NCBI GenBank assembly: GCA_036172245.1
Contig: JAYWIR010000006.1
Coordinates: 620,001-684,000 of the forward strand
Source of the DNA: Raillietiella orientalis
Taxonomy: Eukaryota
Direction: 5' to 3'
Length of the DNA: 64,000 bases
Shown here: positions 22,937-34,900 of the stretch, in pieces
Layout: each line of letters begins with the position of its first letter
How positions within the stretch are numbered: the first letter of the stretch is position 1
The notes under the pieces: model-generated
The model's input: the letters and a program-made list of their open reading frames with translations, nothing else
Databases searched by the model: none
Told to the model about the DNA's origin: nothing
Translations under genes and position numbers: made by a program

Positions 22937-25900
22937 GTAAGCAGCTGTGGTTGTGGCTGTGGTTCGTCTCTGCAGTGGGGCTGATTGCTGCTGCTGCTTG
23001 TGGCACGGGTGGGGTAGGGGTGGGATGGGGTCCTTTCTACCTTCCACTCGCCCGCGCGTCCCCTTGCAGCCGACGGAGGACTCCGGACCCCGTGCAGGCT
23101 CGGCAGGAACACGAGATGAATGGTATCCATGGCAACGGAGGAGGACGGTATCGATCTCCGCGCGCGGAGATGCGGCCGAAAGAAACGCAAGTACCGTCAG
23201 CGATGCTCCCGGTTCCGGAATGCATCCGCGGCGGCGACAACGGGGTGCTCGACGATCGATCCATCGGGATGTGGCAGGGGAGAAAAGGGAAGTGGAATGA
23301 GCAGGGGACCCTCGAAGTCAGTTCTCCGCCACCCATCGGGGATGAACCGCGGCTGCTGGCGTCACGATGCCTCCCACCTGCTCCGGAAGCAGGGCGGGGA
23401 TCAGGCGACGGGATGCAGCCAGCGGTGAAGTGAAAGTGGAGCTCCCGCGCCGGCAGCGGAGAGCCGCGCGCCCGCCCGAGGCAGGGAGCATGCAGCAAGA
23501 AGCGCTTCCGCCGCTGCTCACCCTGCACACGGAATGGGCAGCATGAGCAAGAGTTCCGGTCTCTTCTCCTTGCCCCGTTCTCTTCCCTTTCGTTTCCTAT
23601 CTGCCCCCGATTCAGACACCAAGGAGCAGGGGTTGAGCCCGCCCCCCGCTTCCCGAGACACCTCGTCAGAGCATGGGCGTGTCTGCAGCACGGGGGAAGC
23701 TGCTGTTGCCGCGCCCGAGAGCTGCGTTTCCACCGTCAGCGCCTCACCAGGGAGGACGCTGCCGCGCGGCGCTCGGCATCCCGTCGGCAAGGAATCCGGA
23801 GGAGCTGCCACTGGCAATCGTCCCGTTGCCGGAAGCAGGCCAGGAATCCTTCCTCGGCCACCGTCCGCCACCTTCGTGCCGGATGCTTCTCTCACGGGTC
23901 TATCCGCAGTCTTCGGAACTGTCCAGAGGGAACTTCTATCTCGATGTCCGTTGCGCTCGCCACCGGATGGTGGGAAAAGAGGGAGGCGGAGCAACTAGGA
24001 GACTTGGCGCGAGACCCTTCACAGCTTCCGCAGGGGACGGGATTCAGGAATTAGGAAAAACAGAAAGAGAGAGACAAAAGAGTAAAAAGGATTAGGCAAG
24101 GAACGGTGGAAGACGAATGAAATTCAAGGAACATCCACGGCGCCAATCTTTTTTCACTGCTGTCCAGATGCTTTTCCCTCCCATCGTTGCTTTTTCCTCC
24201 CCCAGCAACTTATTATGCATTGAAAAAAGGGAAAAAAAACCTGCACGTAAATGCCATCGGACCTACAGCAACTTGGGAATGACACGGCGCTCTCCAGATC
24301 TGCCTGCGAGGAAAGGTGCTGCAGGGAAAAGCATAGAGGAAGGTGAACAAGAAACTGTAGAAAGCGGAGAAGAAAGCGTGAAAGAAAGCGTAGAGGAAAG
24401 AGTGGAAGAAAGCGTAGAGTAGAACATAGAAGGAAACGTAGAGAAGAAAGTGTGAAAGAAAACACAGAGGAAAGTGTGAAAGAAAGTGTAGAGGAAACCG
24501 AGTTTACGAGGTGCTGATTCCTGGAAGGAGTGAAAAGAGAGTCCCCTTGCCAAGAAGAGCTTCAAATTCTTGGAAGAGATTCAAGCAGGAATGAATGGTC
24601 GCTACTCGCGAGCCTTCGGAGACCCTTACTTGGGCGCTCTCAGCAACTCCTTCCCTCCTTCCGCTGTGCTTATTTCAGAGTTTCAGGAATACCTGAAAAC
24701 GCCGCTCATGCGATTGGCATTCCAGGATGTGAACCCAAACAGGAAATCCCATAAAGTAAACAGCACCCGTCGGAATCTTCACGAAGACCCCCCAACTCAC
24801 CCTACCTAGAAGGATCAGGAAATCCTTCCTGGAACTCTCTAACATTGAAAAATGCTCGGGAAGCTTCAGGGAAGCTCAACCCAGCAGCCGCAGCAACCCC
24901 AGGCCGTGAGGTGGCGCACAATCCGGAGGGAAGGATTCTCTTGGAAGTAGCGAGTATGGCGCTGCTCTCTGGTGACGCGCTAGTTCTCTCAACGGAGAGG
25001 CACCCATTCCTCCTGGCTCATGCAGCTTTCGAGGGCTATCATGACCCTCAGATCTGGGAACTCCAGCAGAAGACGCCGATGATCCCCTGAGTGTCGAGGA
25101 AGAGACTCAGAGTTACCCTCGGCGGATGAAGCTGACACATGAGCTCCATCCACTGGCTACTCATGAGTCATCAGCTGGTGACCATGAGACCCGCAAGAGC
25201 TGACCAATCGGGAGTGAAGGATTCGATCCTCTCAGCCCAGATAGGACGAGGCAAGAATCTTTAAAGCACGTTCCACGGAGAAGTGTCACTGACGCCTGAC
25301 CTGTGAAACATTTCTGTGGGAACTTGGGAGTGTTCCTGTTTCCTGGATGCCGACCGGGTTTGCCAGGCTGCAGATCGGAAATCTCAGCCATGGGATGCAC
25401 AGGAGTGAACCACGATAGCTCCGGAAAACAGGGACACCTCAGCAGGCTTTGAAACCTCAGGAGCGTTTTGCTCCAGGATAAGAAATCAGTTGCTCTGTCG
25501 GCATTGAGGATCCCAGTCTGAGAATTCAGCGGGTCCTCTTTTCTAGACTGCGACAAAAGTTCAAGAGGAAACAATCCCGTGTCGAAGATCGACGCACCGA
25601 AGGAGGAGGCGATCACGAGATTGTGAATGTTTCCGAGGAGTCGTCGAAAGATGTGGACGAATGATCGCTCATCCCTTCGGGGAATCAAAAGAAGCAGGAT
25701 GTATCAGGAGAGCATGGAAGGCACTTTCCGCATAACAAAATGGCTTCCACAAAGCTGTCGAAAGAGTGAGCTCCGTCATCCGTCTCCACCGTGTCACAAG
25801 AAGGAAACTTCCCCTCTCTAATCTTGGAGAGCTGTCTCGAAAGAGACCTCGTGCTGAGTTTGGTACGACGGCGCTGATGCGTGCATGGATATGCTCACAA

Positions 25901-28900
25901 CTTACCCCCTCGTTCACGTGGTTCGGTCCTCTAAATCGGCTCGTTTGCTGGAATCCATCGAGCTGAGCTACTGAGAGAAGTTGCAGCTGCTGCAAGCGTT
26001 TCCAAGGATGAAGATTGAAGAGTCTCCAGTGCTTCCTGGAACCATTTGCATCCTGCATCCAGAATGTTCCTTACGTGTCCTGTAAAACTATATCTTCCTC
26101 CTAATTACGCTCCTGTCTTTTTCTGTATGGCGCCATCGTAGGAGGATGTTTCAGACCTCTCTCCCGACCTGGTCATTTGCCCATCTCCTACTCAAATCTG
26201 TTCAGGTTTCTCCTAGTGAAACGATCGCATGTGATTTCTGGAATCATTGCTGACGATCTCTTGGGCTGTTTTCCCACTCTTCTCCCTGATATACTTTGCT
26301 CTGGTGGGCTGAAGAGCTTTTTCTCACACTTAGCTCAAACATTGAGAAGGCACCTCCTGTCCTCTGAAGTGCACTTTGGCCCAGGAATTTGACGAAGTCG
26401 CGAATCTGTTCGCCGTTTTCTCTGTGTCGTGCTTGCTGTAGTCTGGAATACACATCCACCATCTGAAACGGTTTTCCAGGAATTTCCAAAAGTTGGTTTC
26501 CCTCTCCAGCATTCCTGCTAGTCGCCTCTCCAGCTTCCTCCAATGCTTTTTCGAGGTGAAAACAAGTCCTCCGCATGGTTTCTCGCCTGATTCAACTTGA
26601 GCAGCAGCCCGAGGATGACATTTATCAAGTCGCTCCTCGCTAGCACGCAGCAGGCTTCCTTCCTGGAGTGTGAAAGCTCTCCCCGAAATACTAGGGAAGA
26701 GCAGCCCGTGGATTCTCTCTTTCTTTACGTAGCAGCCCACTAAGATAAATAAGACCATCCCTTTTCTTATCTTATCTGCTCCTTCGCTGCTTGTAGCTCT
26801 ATCTGCTCATCCCATTGCTCTTCATGCCTACTCTTTCGTCTTATTAACACAATGGAATGACCGACTGATCACCTGCGTATCAACGCTACTAGATCTCCTG
26901 GAATCCCCTCTGAGCACGGATATATCCAAACCGAAGCCCACTGCATGATTATGTGTCACAGAACTGTCTCCATGTGGCAAGGGATGCGCACAACGAGCGA
27001 TCTCCAGCTTCTCAAGGGCGCAAGAGCACAAAACGAACCGACCGATTAGCACACCACGATCTCCGGAAGATGCCGAAAAAAGTCTTCTTGCAATCATCCT
27101 CGCTTTTTGATCGTGTTCCAGAGATCTCTTTCGATAAAGTGCGAAGCGACAAGCTGGGGTGTTGTGGACAGATCTCCCGACCCTCACGGAATCAGATGAT
27201 GTAAGAAACACCTGACAAGCACAAGTCGATCTTATTCGAGGAAGCGTTTGCGACGAATCGAGGCGGAAATAAGGCTGATCAGCACGCTTATTATTTGGGT
27301 TAGACGAAGGTGCTGTCCATCATCATGCGTGGTTCGACTACGCATGATGGAGAGCGGGCCAGCGATCAAAGTAACTACGATGCATTGTAATCGTGCGAAA
27401 GAAGGAAAAAGGGAGTAGCATCCTGGATAAACAGGAATTCGAAGTCTCAGAGTGTGTTCCAGAGTGAGGGCATTCAAGGCAAGTGCCAAGCTGGATTCAG
27501 AGGCGGATTCTTTGAGTGATCGCCTCTGGGTCTCCATCAGGAAGAACGACTCTGTCCTTTCAGCGCGTGGACGAAAAGTGAAAGTGCTCTTGTTGGAGAG
27601 AAAAAGGAAGTACTTTCGCGGACCAATTACAACAAGATCAAAAGATAATCAAGGTGTCAATGAAAATCCAGATGAACATTCCAAAGTTCGAGTCAGAAAT
27701 GGGTCTTGAACTCAGCTCCAGTTTCCAGCCTGTGAAGCACCTGCAAAGCAGCCGAGTCAAATCCCATCGCTCCTGAAAGATCTTTTAGCATCCGGGATCT
27801 TCATCCTTAGGATCGCACAAAGCATCCGAGACATACTCGGACGTCTACTGAGGCGAGATAAGAGAACATAAGTGGACCGACGAGCAAGAACGCGACGAGT
27901 TGTTAGATCGTTCACCAAAAGATGGCTCGTCCCACGGCAGAAGCATCTGGCAATTTTCAGATTTCTGTTGCCACCGTCCTCTCCGCGAATCCTCACCTCA
28001 GTCATCCGACTGTTGCGCCTGTCTTTGAGGTGAACTCTCTGAAACTGAGACTCTCCTTTTAAGTCCACTCATCCCCTCAGTTCTGGGAAACACGCCCCGT
28101 GGACACGAAAGTCGGGAACCGTTGAATTGACCCTGAGGGATGAATCAAACGATGGGTTACGGAGATTCGCCAGATCATCCTAGGGAAGGTGTTGGTTACC
28201 AGACTCAGCACGATAGAGTGATCATAGAAGTGGGAACCTGCTAAGTAGTGGGCAACGACTCTCCTGACGATGCAAACCGGCCCTGAAGACGGGTGGAGCT
28301 CAAGTGTCGGGCCCGCGCCCAACTGACGAGAAAGGGTTGTCTTCCGGCATTCCTCCTATCCTCGGAGGACGGCGGGTTGCTCAGGTTCCAGCGAGTAGGA
28401 GGCTCGTGATGGCGCTTGCGAGATGGCTTGGAGTCGCCGTCGGTGCACATCTTGGTTGTAGCAGTAAGCACTCCAGTGAGATACCGGAGGATGTGGAGGA
28501 TGAGCAGCACGCAGCATGTTCAAACGTGGAGAGCTTCTGAGAACAGAAGTCTGTGGAACAACTGAAAAAGGACTGCAGAAGGATGATTGAAGGAATGGTT
28601 GCATCGAAGTTTATCATGTGGAAGCACAGACAGCTTGAATTCGATACAGTACGAAAAACGTACAAACACGCGCCCACCCACGTCTTTGAGACGAAGCCTT
28701 TCTGATGCAAGCAACTGTGCAACCTCCACCTCTTCTCGTGAAAGCTTCCTGTTGGTTTCTTTTTCCTCTCCGTCTCTCTAGAGTTGGTCCAGAAATCGTT
28801 AGCTTTCCTCGGGAGCCTGAGGTCACTCGGCACTTCCGCCAGAGACCCCGTAAGGGAATTTCCACGTAGTCCTTGGACCCCGTGAAGAAAACTTCAAGAC

Positions 28901-31900
28901 CAGTCTTCCTTCCACCCGTAACCGAGGGCACCACCACCATTGTGACCTCCTCATTTCTCTTCATCCCGATTTACGTCTCCTTTTATCTCCCTTTTCCCTT
29001 GTTTCACGCTCGCGTAGCGGATTGTCACCAGGAGAGCCACCGGAGCTCTTTCTTTCCTCAGGGAACCAGATGGCTTTCGTCGGGAGATGGTGATTCCTTC
29101 ACGTGCCTTCACTGATCAGTTCTTCTTCTTCTTCTTCTTGTAGGGCATGGGTGTTTTTCCGTATCCCGATCTGAACACATTGATGTTTATTTTGGTCCTT
29201 GTTTTGGTAGAGAAGAACTCTTTTCTCTTTCCTGCTTTAAGATCTTCCGTGGCTCGTGCGATCTCTTGTTTGACAAAAGCCGCTTCAATCCATCGAGGCT
29301 TCCGCGAGCTCCCCCCGTCCTTGCAGTGGTAATCCTCAGGAGCGCAGGATGACCAGAGTGTTTGACTCGCGATGCTACCTGCGGCACCTTTTTTTCCGGT
29401 TACGTCCCGGGCAGCCTGTTCCTCTGGACGAGAGGAAGGGAAGTTTCTCACGATCAGGTCGCGAGCCGGAATCGCGTAGGAAGTCCCCCTGACCTGTCCG
29501 GTCAACTTGGAAGCGCTCCTCCCGAATAAGCCGAGGCCTACGACACAAGCGTCGGGTGGCGGTCGCTGGCCCCCGCCAACGTGGCGTTTGCGCGGGGGAG
29601 AAGAAATGATCCCGATCCCGTTTGCTCCCTTCCTGATCAGGTGTTTCCGGTTTCCCCGTAGGAGCTGAACGAGGTGTACAAGGTAAGGGACGCTTCCGAA
29701 GTCCGAGGTGACGCCGCGTTCATGCCAAGGTCCTTGAAAAAGTCCTGGTCCAGAACATTCTCTTCGGCTTGTCGCCGAGCCTTACCGAGGCAATCAAGAC
29801 CATCCCAAGGTGGCGATTGATACAGATCGCGTTCCCGCACATCATGAAATGCGCCGCAAACGTCATCTGCAACAGGTGGAGCCCCCAACGCCCTATGAGT
29901 CCTTTTTTTAGAAAAAGTTCTGAAGGCGCATAAGAGGGATCGAGATCCTCGCTTCCATAGAGACCAAGCTGCTCTACACCCTCCACTGGATCCTGCTCCA
30001 AGCTGCAGAGGAATGTTACGACGCTGACCACGACAAGGGAATCATAAGGCCTGCCGAGTTCTACACTTTCTCTATTGTTTCCATCCAGGTGAGGGGGGAA
30101 TCCAGCGCTAGACCGCAAGAGCGCTCTTGCATCTTAGACCTTCGTCTTCCTCTTCGCTCCACTGACGCACCTGCTGCAGGAATGGGAATTCAGGAACTTC
30201 CGTCTGGAAAACGGGTTTCGCATTTGGTCTGCGCTGTGGGATTACAGGACCCCTGACGTCTTTTGCTTCTCCATCCCTGTGAAGCCCCACAAACTGTGCT
30301 TCAAGCAAGATCCCATCAACCGATCTCGGAACAAGTTCGGAGATGTATTCATCGGAGGCGCAGGTACGGTTCCTCTGCGAGTGACGAGCGCAGCCTCAGG
30401 AGAGGATTTCGTATATCCTTATCAGGGACCCAGATGGAGGCGAAGGAGAAAAAACAGAATTTCGGAGATATAGACGTAAGTTGGCCGTCTCCCGAGCTCC
30501 TCGAGCACGCTTCGGATGCAGATTTTCATTCCCGTCATCTGTCACCAGGCCTCTTCTTGTAGCTCTGTGCCCATGTGCAAGCGAACCGCGAACTACCTGA
30601 AATGCTCGTTCCTCCTTAACGGCGGACGGGACGCAGTCGATCCGCGAGTTCGGGATTTGTCCCTGAAATGGAAATCTGGGAGTCGTTGTTCCTTCCTGTG
30701 ACTTGATCTCTTTCTACTTTGCTCTCTCGAGAGATTCCATGCGAAACAAAGCGTGGGAAGGAAAACAAAACTCTGGTCAACTCGATGCTATCGGAACATC
30801 TCTCACTCTGAGGAGCCCAAACACTTTGTTGGTCACGCAGAGAAGACCACTGTTTCATGGAGAAGCTTCCTCTTCACATGTGTATCAAGCTCCAATATAG
30901 GCTATACATTGAGAGGGAAGTTAAGAGCAGCAGCTGCGGAAAAAAGGCTATTCGGAGACGCAGTTTTTCCACATCGGGATGACCACACCCGAAAATGAAA
31001 CCGCCCTTTCGCAAGAACAGCATCTCGCTGGTTCTGTCGTTGACTGAGCAGTAAATTGCCTCTGACTCTTGAACGATAAAATGATCCTTCTCGCAAATTC
31101 CAAGAATCGTCAGAAAGATTATGTTCTTTGGGTCCATGAGGATTTCGAAAGCCTTTTTCTCATAGTTCACCTATGCAGCAACCCTTTCCTGTGAAGCTGA
31201 TTCTTCATCATCCTTCACAAAGACCTCCTTTTTCCTTTCGACTTTGAATTCTTTGATCTTAAGCATCCTTCTTGGTTTAAGATGTTGGTTAACTTTACGA
31301 AGCAACTGCAACGAAGAAAACTGATGGCGCTTATGAAATTCGTTCCCTCGAATCTCATCAGAATGTCTTCATAGGTTTCTTCTTTGTCGAATTCTGACAG
31401 CTATCCAGAAACCATCCCAGAAGAAGGCTCCAGTGCTGAAGAACATCTGGTAACTACACAGCAAATTTTTCGCCCCTGTATACCAGTACCTTGCAGGTCA
31501 TCTTCCGATTAGACGAAGCTGATGTTGACTGCTGTAAAAATTCCAACGTCTACAAGGTAAAGAGCGCACGTGAACATTTCTGCACGCTTCCATTGTCCCA
31601 CGTGGTTCGGATCTACTTTTTTCCAGAGTTGAATTTTGTAGGGAAAGCGCTTCTTGTGTTGAAAATTTGCCGCGAGAGCCGAAACTTTTCAAGCACCCAA
31701 GTAGGCGTTTCTTCTTGCCTGAATGGCAGCATCTGCCAAAGATGATCCGTGTTGCTACATACGAAGTCAACGCTGACCAGTGTATCTTCCATCTGTTGAA
31801 ACAGCACTTCCTCTGCTCTGAAATGCATATCTGTACCACGTTAAATATGAAAGCTGATTTTTTCATCTTAATCTCGATGTATCAGGATAGCACTGCTGAC

Positions 31901-34900
31901 GGTCCAGAAGGCATCAGACGCGCGAATTCTCTGAGAGAATGCAAGCGAAAAGCGAACTTTCACTTGGCTTGACGCGTGCGCATGAGGAATTTTTACCACC
32001 TTATCCACCATTACGACTCCCAAGTTCCGGTGTTAAGTGCTCGCAGAGCAGACAATCGCGCGCGACACGCGTAAGAAGGGAGAAAGAGTTAAAACACTTT
32101 GATTCAGACACGTGCACTGCGTTCACACATGCATTCATTGAGGTTAGACGAAAAGCTTCTGTTCTTCTGTGAGACAGCAACTCTTCTTAGCTGAAATTTT
32201 TATCCGTCAGGAGAAATGAGTTGGTACTTTGGTGGCTCCTATGGCATGGCGGGTCAGCCTATACCAGTTTGCTATACATACTTTTAGAATAACCCCGTGC
32301 TCTATGCAGTCCTTGACATCTTGGACCATGTTGGTAAGAAGCGTTGCAATGGCTTACTCCCGTAATACGATTCTTCTTCGAGCTCATGCAAAGCGGCATC
32401 CTTATCTCCGTTTTTAAAATTCACAGATTCCTCCCAAAGGCATAATTGGCCCCTTTTTGATTTTGTTTTTTTTTTTTCTTCTTCTTCTTCTTTTTCCTTC
32501 CTACCGGAAATTAAGTGGCTATTGATCAAGCAATGAAAAAAGTGACTTTCCTTAGCTTTCCGAAGCTAAATACATGCTTATGACTGCACCGCCAGTCATA
32601 AATGATTTTAATGATTCCTCCGAGAGCTAACTTTTTCATGTCGCCAACGCTTTTCTGCATTGAATCCTTTGTACTGCTCCTTCAGCAATGTCGGGCGATC
32701 ATTCGGATGCGTACTCGAGTGACCTGACATCTTTTCTCCATGCCTCTTCCCTCTCGTCCCCGTGGACACCTTCTCTGAGAATTAGAAATGTTGCAGTCGG
32801 AAGATCCATGGAAAGGTTCTTCCATCAGACTCCCTCTCGAATTTGAACTCTTTCCACGGACGGAATGTTCCCTTCCGAAACGATGCATTTTCGTCTTACA
32901 GTATTTATTTTCTCGTTCTGCTTTTATTGATGATTTCAAGCATAATTGCATAATAATTCTCACAGAATGCTTCGTATAGGGATTGAATACTATAAAGTGA
33001 CAGTTGCATTCGTCTCACTATCATTCATGCATTTTTATATTAAAAAAAATAAATAAATGATTAACTGCATCCGAAGGTCAATAAAATACGATCTGCTACT
33101 ATCCATTTCACTGCAGCTCTTTGTCCTTCGAGATTCCTGGAACCTCCAGAGTTCGATTTCCTCCCTGATCTCTTATCGGTTCAAAGGTATGACACAAGTG
33201 GAACATTCTAGTAGATAACGGCTATGATCTATGACAAACCTATTGCGGAAGAAATCGAAACCGTTTTTCACTTCGTTGTTTACTCTAGAGAGCATCCGGT
33301 AATTAACAGCATCCAAGGTTAATTCCTTGACGATGGGCGATTGTGAAGAGGGGGATGGTCATAAAAACAACGGAGCACTCTGGCATTGAACCTCCGTGTA
33401 AACACCGAAAGCGCAGTGTTGGGATTTCTTCTGCAGCGCAACGAGAAGTATTCCCTTCAAACGTACCTGACAGGGAAAAGGAAAGGCTTGTTTTAGATTC
33501 CCACCTTTACCGTTCAATCTTCGGGTCTGCACACGTACGTGCACACTCTTGCACACAAGAGTGTACGCAAGAGTGTCGTGGGCATATGCAAGTTAGGTGG
33601 ATAGCTGCACATTTCTACGTGACCAGTTGGTTTATAAATGGCAACAGATGAGCCTTGAGGATTCCCAAATAAATGCCCAACGTTCGCCCCCCCCCACCCT
33701 CCCTGCTTGGATGCACTTGTTTGGCCTCGTGGCTAAAAGCGCAACGGAATGAGGGTGGGAGGGGGTCAATGCAATGAGCGAATGTCGCGTTAAAAGTTTC
33801 GATAATTCTTGTGAACTCATTCGGCATTTCTTGCAAGTTACGTGATGTGGCTTCAATTTCAGGCTGATCCGAAGCTGTGGCACCAGCAGCTGCTGCCCGA
33901 ACCCCAAAGCAGTGCAGAAAGGTAACAGAGCCCAAATGGCGGTGGCATGGTCAGAAATGCTCCGCTGGATTTTAGCTTCTTGGGGGAACACTAGCGCAAC
34001 CAGCAAGCATCCTTCGCTTCGTGCATTTCCTGTTTACTTCTTGGCTTTCTTCCTGATCTCTCAGAGATCTGAGACAAGCGCGAACCTCTCTGCTGCCTGC
34101 GAGCTCGTGCCGGGCAGTTTACGGATTCCCTGGTGCAGCAGCTCCGCCCTGCAGGTGGAGCACGCCGCGGTCTCTGTTGGCCAAACGTCGAACTAATCCT
34201 CCCCTGCCACGTTTGCACTGAAGACGGCGCGCGCGTCACCGTTCTGGGGTGAAAGAGCGGGTCGAAATTTTCCCGTGGGGCAATCGCTACCTCGCAGTTC
34301 AAATCCCACGGGGTATCAGCAAAGAGTTGGAAAGCAAAGGGGATCTCCCTCGAATAAACGCTCTTGGTCAAAGTGCGAAAGGCTGAGTCGTTTAGGGAGT
34401 GCGGAAACAATTTTCCTTTCCAAGGATAAAGAAAAGAACCATACCGAAATTGATTCTGCTGATGATAAGTTTCAGATATCACGTGCACGAGCACCATGAC
34501 TTCCTAAGAAAACCGGCCGCTTGACTGAAAGACGTTCTTCGGAAATCCGTTCGCAGCAGTGTGCAAGCCTTGCCTCTTCTTCGCAAGGAGTTCGAGAAGG
34601 CAAAATGATGTTTCTGGTACCAAGCAGTTGAAGCTGTTCGACTTTTTCGCCTCAGCTGCTCCAAACGCTGAGTGCTCATTAGCTTTTCCGCTTGTGACAT
34701 CTGCTTCCCATACATCGTCTGCTATTGTCATCCTTCTCCTCCATCCTTCCCTTAGCTCTGTAAGGGAAGCATGGAGGAGAAACTCTTCCCGAAGCGGCCA
34801 TCCAGCGCAAGCCGAAAAAACACCACTAAATTTCCAAAAATGATTGATTCTCCTCCACTCTCACAGTGACCGTTTGATCCAGACTCCTCACTGCATCCCC

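Noticed and set aside
24340..24500. CRISPR-like array or coding ESV repeat
   Set aside because: Tandem units without unique spacers in eukaryotic intronic DNA, interrupted by a stop codon; a simple minisatellite.
24690..28950. Functional rRNA genes
   Set aside because: Near-invariant motifs are mutated, the 28S is truncated and the unit is solitary within an intron; annotated as pseudogene-like.
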